From Candidatus Saccharimonadales bacterium (GTDB lineage: Bacteria > Patescibacteriota > Saccharimonadia > Saccharimonadales > SZUA-47), in assembly GCA_038211855.1 (NCBI GenBank), contig JBBQVE010000002.1, positions 6,332 through 70,331 of the forward strand: a stretch of DNA of 64,000 nucleotides. The letters are read 5' to 3'. The stretch's first letter is position 1; each line of letters starts with the position of its first letter. The position numbers and the translations under genes were made by a program. Shown here piece after piece: positions 28,360 to 36,458 of the stretch. A model generated the notes under the pieces. That model was not told the origin of the DNA, searched no databases, and saw nothing but the letters and a program-made list of their open reading frames with translations.

Positions 28360-30056
28360 TGGTACTTCTGCTGCTTGCTTTTGTCGCCGGGATACTCACG
28401 GCATTGGCGCCTTGTGTGCTGCCACTCTTGCCGGTCATTATTGGCGGCACGCTCGGTGGCGGCAAAAAGCAGAAAAACCGACCTTACATTATTGCCGGGT
28501 CACTGGCGGCCTCTCTGTTCCTTTTTACCTTGCTACTCAAAGCAACCAGCCTCTTTCTGAATGTTCCGTCGCACACCTGGACTTACGTTTCGGGCGGCAT
28601 TATTATCGTGCTTGGCCTTGTGGCGGTGTTTCCGGCGCTCTGGGAGGCGGTGGTTATCAAGTTCAATTGGCAGGCCAGTTCGCAGCGGTTGTTCGGCAAA
28701 AGTACCAAACAAACGGGCTGGTTGGGTGCAGTTTTAACTGGCGCAGCTCTCGGGCCAGTCTTCTCGAGCTGTAGTCCAACCTACGCTTTTATTCTGGCAA
28801 CCGTTTTGCCGCGCAACTTCGTGAGCGGTCTGTTGTATATGGTGGTGTATTGTCTTGGTTTGGTCGCCGTTCTTTTGCTTGTATCAGTGTACGGGCGTCG
28901 GTTTATCTCTCGCTTCCATTGGGCGGCTAATCCGCATAGCATGTTCCGCCGATTGCTCGGTCTGCTATTTATTGTTGTGGGTGTGTTTATTATTATTGGC
29001 TGGGATAAAAAGGTTGAGCTATGGGTGGACGATCACATCCCGTTCAGCGTGACGAATCTCGACCAAAAACTCGTCGAGAAAAACAAAAAGAGTATCGGAG
29101 CCGATACAAGCGTCTATTCAACACCGGCTCAACCCGGCACCAGCGATCCAAAGCTTTTCAACGTTCGACCTGTCGCGGCGCCAGAACTAACAGGACTCAG
29201 CTCCTGGATAAATAGTAGCCCGCTCACCTTGGCTGGGCTCAAGGGCAAAGTCGTGCTGATAGATTTTTGGACGTATAGCTGTATTAACTGCGTCCGCACA
29301 CTGCCACATGTCGAAAAGTGGTATGAAACCTACAAAGACAAAGGCTTTGTGGTGATTGGGGTGCATGCACCGGAGTTCTCGTTTGAACACGTTGCAAAGA
29401 ATGTCGAAAACGGCGTGAAAGAGAATAATCTCACTTATCCTGTGGCACTTGATAATGATCTTGCTACGTGGAATGCCTTCGGTAATCAGTATTGGCCAGC
29501 CCACTATCTGATCGACAAAAACGGCGATGTACGTGCAGCGCACTTTGGCGAAGGTGGGTATGAAGATACCGAAAAAGCGATTCAAATTCTGCTTGGTGAG
29601 AGTGGCACGCCGCTGTCCGAACCTGCCAGCGATCCGCACCAAAACGCCAGTACGACGCCCGAGACGTACTTTGGCACGCAGCGCGCCCAGAACTACGTTG
29701 GTACGCCGCAACTGTCAGCTACCAACGGAACATACGCCGCTGCTACTTCGCTAATGATGAACCAGTGGAGTCTTGGGGGCGGCTGGCTGGTTGATCAGGA
29801 TAAGGTTACGAGCCAAAACCGAGCAGCAAGCCTAGACTTCCGTGTCAGTGCCAAAGACGTGTATGTCGTGGCGAGTGTTCCGGACGGCATGCCAGCAGCA
29901 AAAATAGCGATTACCATCAATAATTCGACCACCTATATGACGGTTGACGGCTCAAACCTCTACCATATCGCCGCGTTTGGCTCGTTTCAAGATGCTACAC
30001 TGCATCTGACGGTGCCAGTAGGCGTCTCGCTGCACACATTTACATTTGGCAGCTGA
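28359..30056 (+). CDS. DipZ-like fusion of a CcdA/DsbD-type thiol-reductant transporter, a thioredoxin-like domain and a C-terminal beta domain
   Basis: LTALAPCVLPLLPV and FSSCSPTYAF (CcdA Cys pair), a redoxin domain with WTYSCINCVRTLPHV, and 565 aa. Confidence 0.8.
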   Translation: MVLLLLAFVAGILTALAPCVLPLLPVIIGGTLGGGKKQKNRPYIIAGSLAASLFLFTLLLKATSLFLNVPSHTWTYVSGGIIIVLGLVAVFPALWEAVVIKFNWQASSQRLFGKSTKQTGWLGAVLTGAALGPVFSSCSPTYAFILATVLPRNFVSGLLYMVVYCLGLVAVLLLVSVYGRRFISRFHWAANPHSMFRRLLGLLFIVVGVFIIIGWDKKVELWVDDHIPFSVTNLDQKLVEKNKKSIGADTSVYSTPAQPGTSDPKLFNVRPVAAPELTGLSSWINSSPLTLAGLKGKVVLIDFWTYSCINCVRTLPHVEKWYETYKDKGFVVIGVHAPEFSFEHVAKNVENGVKENNLTYPVALDNDLATWNAFGNQYWPAHYLIDKNGDVRAAHFGEGGYEDTEKAIQILLGESGTPLSEPASDPHQNASTTPETYFGTQRAQNYVGTPQLSATNGTYAAATSLMMNQWSLGGGWLVDQDKVTSQNRAASLDFRVSAKDVYVVASVPDGMPAAKIAITINNSTTYMTVDGSNLYHIAAFGSFQDATLHLTVPVGVSLHTFTFGS

Positions 30057-30113
30057 CAGACCATACTTTAAGCGTAAGAACTTTACTTAGTTAATTAATT
30101 TGAGGAGATATCA

Positions 30114-30680
30114 ATGGCAGATACAATCCATATTGCTGTATTAATCGGCACGACTCGTGAACAACGTAAATCTGTTCACGCAGCACGTCTTGTGGCCGAA
30201 GTTGGCGCAGCACTCGAGGGTGTAACGACTGAACTCGTCGACCCAAAGGATTTTAATTTTCCTGGTGACGGCAATGATCCAGAAGGTCAGGACGCTCGTT
30301 ATAGTGAAATAACCAAAAACGCCGACGCTTTTTTTATTATCACGCCTGAGTATAATCATAGTTTTCCTGGTTCGCTGAAGCGCATGCTCGACAGCGAATT
30401 GAAGAATTATATTCACAAGCCGGTGGCCATTGCCGGTGCTAGCAGTGGCATGTGGGGCGGTGTGCGGGCTGTTGAATCTCTGGTTCCTGCCGTGCGCGAG
30501 CTTGGGCTGGTTGTCACCTTTGGCAGTGTCTATTTTCCGAAAGTGCAGGATCTGTTTGATGAATCCGGTAAGCTCCTGAACGATTTCTATAAAGGTTCGG
30601 TTGAGAAGGCTTATGCTGAACTGATTTGGATGGCCAAAGCCCTCAAGCCTGCCCGCGAGGCTGATACGCCAGCTGCGTAG
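30114..30680 (+). CDS. NAD(P)H-dependent FMN reductase family protein
   Basis: IAVLIGTTREQRKS, FFIITPEYNHSFPGSLK. GAGGAG ribosome-binding site. Confidence 0.8.
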   Translation: MADTIHIAVLIGTTREQRKSVHAARLVAEVGAALEGVTTELVDPKDFNFPGDGNDPEGQDARYSEITKNADAFFIITPEYNHSFPGSLKRMLDSELKNYIHKPVAIAGASSGMWGGVRAVESLVPAVRELGLVVTFGSVYFPKVQDLFDESGKLLNDFYKGSVEKAYAELIWMAKALKPAREADTPAA

Positions 30681-31262
30681 TTACACGATTTGGGTATGAA
30701 ACAGGTGAAGGAGGTGGTTGTAGTGCGACGCACCGTACCACACATCTAAGCCGACAATTACAAAAAAGAGAAGTCTCTCGATGTTTTTACCCGTCGTTAT
30801 TCGAAGTAACTTGAACGGTGGAAAGCCAAATTTCATAGGGAGGGGCAGCAACCACGGCACGCCTTCTTTGGTGAGGGTGTCCATGATAAGGTGTGATACC
30901 ATGCCAATTAAAAATGCCAGCCATACCAAACGAGTATCAACCGAACGCATAATCGGCTGCAAAAAGTGTAGTAGTAAACGAGACAAGAACGCGAACAGAC
31001 CCAGACCAACAATAGAATGGGTTAAAAAACGATGACCGCCGAGCATTTTGTCGATTAATTTCCCAAAATAACCCCCAACCGGTAAGTTACGCCAAAACGG
31101 TGCGGTTGGTTGATCTATATCAGGCGTTATGCCGCCAATCTGGTTGGCCAAAAGCGATATCAACAGTGTTGAAAGAGTAATTTTATGGTCACCGCTCCCC
31201 ACAGCTAAGACAATAATCGCCAAGGCGTTAAAAGCGGCAAGGTCGTGTGTGCGGGCTGTCAT
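30681..31262 (-). CDS. membrane-bound metal-dependent hydrolase (YdjM/DUF457-like)
   Basis: Polytopic, with HRFLTHS and SHLIMDTLTKEGV motifs. The ATG at 31262 is preferred over the GTG at 31268. Confidence 0.65.
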   Translation of the reverse strand: MTARTHDLAAFNALAIIVLAVGSGDHKITLSTLLISLLANQIGGITPDIDQPTAPFWRNLPVGGYFGKLIDKMLGGHRFLTHSIVGLGLFAFLSRLLLHFLQPIMRSVDTRLVWLAFLIGMVSHLIMDTLTKEGVPWLLPLPMKFGFPPFKLLRITTGKNIERLLFFVIVGLDVWYGASHYNHLLHLFHTQIV

Positions 31263-31292
31263 GCCCACATGATAGCAAAGATAAGCGGTATA

Positions 31293-31547
31293 TTAGGCGC
31301 GATGGCGCAATGCTTTCACGATAGCAATCAGAATAATCGAGCCAACTATGGCTACAATTAGGCTATAGACATTAAAACCCGTCACGCCGCTACTGCCGAG
31401 CTTATTCATGATAAAGCCGCCAAGTACGGCACCAACTATACCAACAACAATATTCAATAATGCACCTTGCTCACCGTCAGTCCGCATAATGATTGATGCG
31501 ATCCAGCCCGCGATAGCGCCGAAGATAATCCAAGCTATAAAGTTCAT
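31293..31547 (-). CDS. GlsB/YeaQ/YmgE-family (transglycosylase-associated) small membrane protein
   Basis: 84 aa. IIFGAIAGWIASIIM ... VVGIVGAVLGGFI. GGAGGA ribosome-binding site. Confidence 0.85.
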   Translation of the reverse strand: MNFIAWIIFGAIAGWIASIIMRTDGEQGALLNIVVGIVGAVLGGFIMNKLGSSGVTGFNVYSLIVAIVGSIILIAIVKALRHRA

Positions 31548-31609
31548 TAAATGTATCCTCCATATCTATTTATTGTCCTTGAATACTAGTCTATGTAATC
31601 AGTTTTAAT

Positions 31610-31627
31610 CTGTAAATAATGTTACAG
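31610..31627. promoter_or_regulatory. CRP/FNR-type palindrome candidate: cTGTAA, 6-nt spacer, TTACAg
   Basis: A 6-bp perfect inverted repeat with a 6-nt spacer, 58 nt upstream of the Crp/Fnr-family gene. One mismatch per half-site against TGTGA-N6-TCACA. Confidence 0.35.
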
Positions 31628-31684
31628 CTGCATTTTTGGTGACAAATGACCGGAGAATGACTAGAGTCGAGTATAATTAAGGGA

Positions 31685-32347
31685 ATGGAAGCCGAAGATC
31701 TGAAAAAACATTTTCCCGAGCTCACGAGCCGTTTCTTTAGTGCCGGTGAAACAATCCTCTATCAAGGGGAGCTGCCGCGGACTGCTTACGTCGTGAAATC
31801 AGGTCTTATTAAGATATATAGTATTTCGGTCAATGGTGAAGAGCGCATCGTCGATTTCGGTGTTGGTGGCGAGATTCTGGCCAGTTCCTGGGTGTTCGGT
31901 AATGCCTCCAGCACGCTCTATTACTACCAGGCGATTGAAGATTGTGATCTGTATGAAATCTCGCGCAGCGATTTGCTGACCTATCTAAAGACCTCCAAAG
32001 CAGCCTCAGTTATGTTAGAACGGGTGAACGGCCAGTATACAGCCGCGATGCTACGCATCACCGCCCTCGAACAAGCCCGCGCCCGCGATAAGATTCTCTT
32101 TACATTTTATTATCTGCTGCAGCGCTTTGGTAAAGAAATCGTTCCTGGTTGGTACACGATTCACTTATCGCTGACCCACCAAATGGTTGCCGACCTCGTT
32201 GGGCTGACCCGCGAAACCACCGCCGTCGAACTCAGTAGTATCAAAAAAACGAAAGTTCTCTCCTATAAGAGACAAAAATACCTCGTCCACAAAAACCGCC
32301 TGCTGAAAGCAATCGGCGAAGACACCTTCGCGAACATCACCTTTTAG
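31685..32347 (+). CDS. Crp/Fnr-family transcriptional regulator
   Basis: N-terminal cNMP-binding-type beta-roll and C-terminal HTH (LTHQMVADLVGLTRETTAVELSSI). No N-terminal Cys cluster, so it is not an FNR-type O2 sensor. Confidence 0.85.
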   Translation: MEAEDLKKHFPELTSRFFSAGETILYQGELPRTAYVVKSGLIKIYSISVNGEERIVDFGVGGEILASSWVFGNASSTLYYYQAIEDCDLYEISRSDLLTYLKTSKAASVMLERVNGQYTAAMLRITALEQARARDKILFTFYYLLQRFGKEIVPGWYTIHLSLTHQMVADLVGLTRETTAVELSSIKKTKVLSYKRQKYLVHKNRLLKAIGEDTFANITF

Positions 32348-32442
32348 CTAGTGTCTTCCCGAGAGCTTGTGCTTGTATGACTCTAAGCGTCCACCAACGT
32401 AGAAGGTTTGTGCGGATTACGGCCCTTATGGGCATGCAGGGG

Positions 32443-32811
32443 TTACTTTTTGAGTTCTTCGTCGACGATGTTGTTGAGTGTTTTGGGAGTGGCCCATGCC
32501 TTCAGGACGTATTTGGAGGCGCCCAAGGTAAAGGCTTCCTCGGCTTCTTTTTGCATGTCGAGGTTGCTAAAAATAATCACTTTTACGTCAGGGTGATTCT
32601 TTTTTAGACCATAAGCTTTTAAGAAACCGAGACCGTCCAGGACCGGCATCAGGAGGTCGAGCAAAATGAGGTCAGGTTGTAAGGTTTTAGCTGCATCGAG
32701 TCCTTCCTGGCCGTTAAACGCCACACCAACCTCGTGGCCAGCTTTTTCGAGAATCATTTGAAAGGCATCGGCCAACATCTTCTCGTCTTCTACTATCAGT
32801 ATTTTCGCCAT
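32443..32811 (-). CDS. stand-alone receiver-domain response regulator (CheY-like, 122 aa)
   Basis: KILIVEDE, DLILLDLLMP with the phospho-acceptor Asp, and IIFSNL. No output domain. Confidence 0.9.
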   Translation of the reverse strand: MAKILIVEDEKMLADAFQMILEKAGHEVGVAFNGQEGLDAAKTLQPDLILLDLLMPVLDGLGFLKAYGLKKNHPDVKVIIFSNLDMQKEAEEAFTLGASKYVLKAWATPKTLNNIVDEELKK

Positions 32812-32814
32812 CTT

Positions 32815-34611
32815 TTACTCCTGCTCTTTGGTTACTTTTTTGCCTGCTTCCGGTGCAATTGCTTTTGGCCGGGGAAGTATAATCGTAAACTCTGACCCTA
32901 TTGTATGCTCTGAAGTGACCTTTATTCTACCATTATGAAGTTCTACAACACGTCTGGCCAAATAAAGACCGAGTCCATTCCCCATGGCATGTGCCGATAA
33001 CGGGTTGTCGAGCCGTGAAAACTTCTTGAATAAATCAGGCATCTGCTTCTTGCTAATGCCTACACCAGTATCGGTGACTTTGATGTGAATGTTACGGGGC
33101 GTGATTTTCAGTGCAACATCAATTTTACCAGCTTCGGGTGTGTATTTTATGGCATTACTAATGAGATTACTAATGGCCATGCGCAAGTAGAGTTCGTCGG
33201 CGTCGTAATATAGTGGGGTGCTCGGGAGATGCAGCATGAGCTGATGTCGTTTTTCATTACTAGCAGAGCGCTGTTCTTCGCCTGCCTCACGAACGAGCTG
33301 TATTAAGTCAACACTGCGCGGTATAAGGCGCAGTTTGCCGGCGTCGGCATTGGCCACGTAGAGCATCTCATTCACAGTCCGCAGCTGGCGCTCGTTATTG
33401 TCGTAGGCCTTCTGAATCAGCTTTTTCTGATCTTTATTTAGTTCACCACCATAGCCCTCAATCGCCATAATAATGTATTGTTTCACGGCGGTGGCAGGTG
33501 TTCGTAGCTGATGAGCTGCCAAGGCCAGCAGGTCATCTTTTACCATCTGTACTTCACTATCTTTTGCCTGACGAAGCGATCGAACCCGGCCGAACAGAAG
33601 GATATATATCAGGGCGCTAGAACTGAGGCTCAAAATGATACCAGCAGTGAGAATAATACCAGGGCGGGTACGGGCCTGCGCAGATATGATAGCTTGTGGT
33701 ACCTGTACGGCAAGCGACCACGTGCGCGAGTAGATGGTGAATTTGGTAGCGGAGGCAGCAGTTTTCCCATCGTAGCCGTTGCTCGAAAAGAGGACTTTAT
33801 TTAGTTCAAGATCGGCACTATCGTAGATGACAAAGTTATCCTTTATGCTCGGCACACTCGCCAATATCTGCTTAAAGAGATCATTTGTCTGGAAGCCAGC
33901 AAAGACATAGCCTGTAAGCGGGCAGTTTACTCGAATGGCTAACTTTTCTGCACAGCTGCTCTCGTACACTGGAAAGTACATCTGGAAGGCATCCTCTTTT
34001 ATGGGGGCACTGCCAGGGAGCGGTGCTATCTCGCCCGTGATTACCACCTTGTCATTTTTGGCCGACATATCGAACGCAGACCGACGTTCGGTATCGGCAT
34101 TCATGTCAAAACCGATGGCAGCCGTATTACCCTGTAGTTGTGGCTCAATATACTGAATTGGAATATAGCTTGCTCGAGTACCAGCTGGCGTGATTGAGAA
34201 ATCTGCTTGATCGTTCTGCTTCTCGGCCGCCACATATTGTTGTACATTGTCATTTGTAAGCAACGGTGCATAGCCGATTGCTCGCACACCCGGAAAACGA
34301 GTCTGAATATCGTAAGTTGAAATAATAGCATGAAAGTCATCTCGACTGACCGGATGCGAAGTCTCCAGCAAGGCGGCCGTGCCACGCAAAACCTCCTCGT
34401 ATGAGGCGAGGTGGCTGGTGATGAGATCCTGCAATGTGGAAACATGTCGGGTGACAAGAGTATTTTGATCGCGATGTACGTCCTGCCTTGCAGTTACCCA
34501 GACCCAGATTGAAACGACCAGCATTGCAGCCAGAACAGCGAGCGTAGGCAGGATACAAAGCAAAAGAGCGTCTTTGTTGAACCGGTTGTTGCGAGAATTA
34601 TTAGTGAGCAT
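32815..34611 (-). CDS. membrane sensor histidine kinase with an extracytoplasmic CHASE domain
   Basis: Two TM segments flank about 270 aa containing FSITPAGTRASYIPIQYIEPQ...AIGFDMNADTERRSAF (CHASE pattern). H-box LAAHQLRTPATAV. HATPase motifs NLISNAIKY, DTGVGI, GNGLGL. Confidence 0.85.
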   Translation of the reverse strand: MLTNNSRNNRFNKDALLLCILPTLAVLAAMLVVSIWVWVTARQDVHRDQNTLVTRHVSTLQDLITSHLASYEEVLRGTAALLETSHPVSRDDFHAIISTYDIQTRFPGVRAIGYAPLLTNDNVQQYVAAEKQNDQADFSITPAGTRASYIPIQYIEPQLQGNTAAIGFDMNADTERRSAFDMSAKNDKVVITGEIAPLPGSAPIKEDAFQMYFPVYESSCAEKLAIRVNCPLTGYVFAGFQTNDLFKQILASVPSIKDNFVIYDSADLELNKVLFSSNGYDGKTAASATKFTIYSRTWSLAVQVPQAIISAQARTRPGIILTAGIILSLSSSALIYILLFGRVRSLRQAKDSEVQMVKDDLLALAAHQLRTPATAVKQYIIMAIEGYGGELNKDQKKLIQKAYDNNERQLRTVNEMLYVANADAGKLRLIPRSVDLIQLVREAGEEQRSASNEKRHQLMLHLPSTPLYYDADELYLRMAISNLISNAIKYTPEAGKIDVALKITPRNIHIKVTDTGVGISKKQMPDLFKKFSRLDNPLSAHAMGNGLGLYLARRVVELHNGRIKVTSEHTIGSEFTIILPRPKAIAPEAGKKVTKEQE

Positions 34612-34726
34612 ACCTTATGTCGAACCTTTTGTGGTTACGCTTAAGTATAGGTCAAAAAACAAGAATGAGTGTAAGAAAAACTACACTCATTCTTTGAAAT
34701 GTGGATATGGAGAATTGATTGACGGA

Positions 34727-34816
34727 CTATTCGAACGACCACATGTTACCTGGCCGGAAAGGGCTCGGGACATATGATAGATAGGTATTCTCGGCAGCGT
34801 TGGTGGGATTAAACAT
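34727..34816 (-). CDS. candidate 29-aa micro-ORF (MFNPTNAAENTYLSYVPSPFRPGNMWSFE)
   Basis: AAGGAGA lies 4 nt upstream of the ATG at 34816, 18 nt after the stop of the 48-aa ORF. No other support. Confidence 0.25.
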   Translation of the reverse strand: MFNPTNAAENTYLSYVPSPFRPGNMWSFE

Positions 34817-34834
34817 TGTTTCTCCTTGCGCCGG

Positions 34835-34981
34835 CTAGATGCCCTTTTGTTTACGTGAGAGTTCGCGCTGTTTATCGCGCATCTTGGCTTCCATTTTGAG
34901 TGCCCATTTGGTAGCGAGGCGGTCATAAATATCCATGCGCTCTACTTCCGATACATAACGTGTTGATGTTGACCTGCTCAT
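34835..34981 (-). CDS. unannotated 48-aa basic protein (MSRSTSTRYVSEVERMDIYDRLATKWALKMEAKMRDKQRELSRKQKGI)
   Basis: Not in the ORF track because it is under 60 aa. AAGGAGG lies 9 nt upstream of the ATG at 34981. It sits between the two kinase genes on the same strand. Confidence 0.4.
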   Translation of the reverse strand: MSRSTSTRYVSEVERMDIYDRLATKWALKMEAKMRDKQRELSRKQKGI

Positions 34982-35049
34982 TGCGAGATTCCTCCTTATT
35001 GATACGTCCTAAGCTTAAGCGTATTTTTAAATTTGAGCTGTGAAATTTC

Positions 35050-36162
35050 TTACGTTTTGTTTGCGACTTCTTGGCGGCGTTTATCGGGAATGTTGACGGT
35101 GAAGGTGGTGCCCTTATCGGGTTGAGAGCTTACTTTAATAGTGCCGCCATGTAGCAAAATAATCTTATTGGCCCAATAGAGACCGAGGCCGGTTCCACTT
35201 ACCATCAGCGATAACGGATTGTACAACCGAGAGAACTTCTGAAAAACCTTCGGAATATCTGCTTTTGCGATACCAACGCCGTCATCTTGTACTGCAATAA
35301 CGACACCCTCTACACGCTGCTTGAGCGTCACGCGAATCGCTTTCTTATCAGGCGTATACTTGCTAGCGTTATCAATGATGTTTTCAAGCACCATGCGCAC
35401 ATTCTTGGAGTCTAGCGATGCGTGAATAGGCGTACCAGCATGGTCGAAAAACACGGTTTGATGGCGGTGCTCGAATTTGTAAGCCTGCTCATTTATTACG
35501 TCCTGAATAAGCTGTGTTAGATTCGTATCTTCGCGTTCAATGCGTACCTGACCAGCATCAACATGAGCAACCTTCAGCAGATCATTCACAATCGTAATCT
35601 GGCGTTCGTTGCTGTCATATATGCTTTGGAGCATCGACATCTGCGGTCGGCTCAGCGGGCCGGCATATTCCTCCATGAGCATGCTTGTGTACTGTTTAAC
35701 CCCTGTAGCGGGGGTGCGCAACTGGTGGCTGGCGAGTGAGATAAATTCATCCTTGGCTTTTTCAAGCGCCTCTTCTTCTGTCACATCACGGAAGACCTCA
35801 ATTGCGCCGCTCGGCAAGCCATCGATGAGGACCGGTGAAACCGTAGAGTCGACGGTAATTCGCGTTCCATCTTTGCGGCGATAGTAAATACGCGCGCGCA
35901 CGATTTTTCCCGTCATGAACACCATTGTGATTGGCCGCTCTAGATTTGGAATAATTGTTCCATCTTCGTTCTCGGACTGAATAGTCGAAGGGTACCATTT
36001 GCCCATGACATCATCAGAAGAGCAGTTTAAAATATCAAGGGCCATTTTATTGATTCGGGAGACATTACCATGAGCGTCAGTAACGATCGCACCTTCGCCA
36101 ATGCTCGTAAATAGAGCATCGGATTCGGCCTTACCGCGCTTCAGCGATTCGTATTCTGTCAT
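35050..36162 (-). CDS. soluble PAS-domain sensor histidine kinase
   Basis: No TM segment. PAS region (SIGEGAIVTDAHGNV...), H-box LASHQLRTPATGV, HATPase motifs NIIDNASKY, DDGVGI, GTGLGL. Confidence 0.88.
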   Translation of the reverse strand: MTEYESLKRGKAESDALFTSIGEGAIVTDAHGNVSRINKMALDILNCSSDDVMGKWYPSTIQSENEDGTIIPNLERPITMVFMTGKIVRARIYYRRKDGTRITVDSTVSPVLIDGLPSGAIEVFRDVTEEEALEKAKDEFISLASHQLRTPATGVKQYTSMLMEEYAGPLSRPQMSMLQSIYDSNERQITIVNDLLKVAHVDAGQVRIEREDTNLTQLIQDVINEQAYKFEHRHQTVFFDHAGTPIHASLDSKNVRMVLENIIDNASKYTPDKKAIRVTLKQRVEGVVIAVQDDGVGIAKADIPKVFQKFSRLYNPLSLMVSGTGLGLYWANKIILLHGGTIKVSSQPDKGTTFTVNIPDKRRQEVANKT

Positions 36163-36177
36163 GGTGCTACTCCGCGA

Positions 36178-36456
36178 CTAAGCCGCACCCTTTCCTTTTG
36201 ATGTTTCGTTTGTAGTCAGAGCGATTCCACGAAGATCTTGAGCAAAAGTATCAACCAGTTCTTGGTTTTCAGTGAGAAGGGCAAGCGTTAGTTTTACCCA
36301 GCTGGTGAGCTCAGGAATATCTTGCTTGGTAATTTTCTCAGGTTCTTTGCTGAGATGCATGAGTATCTGCCGACGGATAAAGCGTTCGGCGGCCGGACCA
36401 AGGTACTCAACGCTGGTATCGACGACTTTTTGGTAGAGGTTTTTTGCTGGCGCCAC
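36178..36456 (-). CDS. hypothetical 92-aa cytoplasmic protein
   Basis: GTG start preceded by GAGGAAG. Wedged between the membrane protein gene and the PAS kinase gene (3-nt and 15-nt gaps). Confidence 0.55.
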   Translation of the reverse strand: MAPAKNLYQKVVDTSVEYLGPAAERFIRRQILMHLSKEPEKITKQDIPELTSWVKLTLALLTENQELVDTFAQDLRGIALTTNETSKGKGAA

Positions 36457-36458
36457 TT

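Noticed and set aside
28319-28774. 151-aa ORF in an alternative plus-strand frame overlapping the start of dipZ
   Set aside because: The dipZ frame carries the CcdA motifs and TM helices. The alternative frame is Arg/Trp-rich with no start signal.
29187-29711. 174-aa ORF on the minus strand
   Set aside because: It is antisense inside the thioredoxin domain of the DipZ-like gene, and its Arg-rich sequence does not look like real protein.
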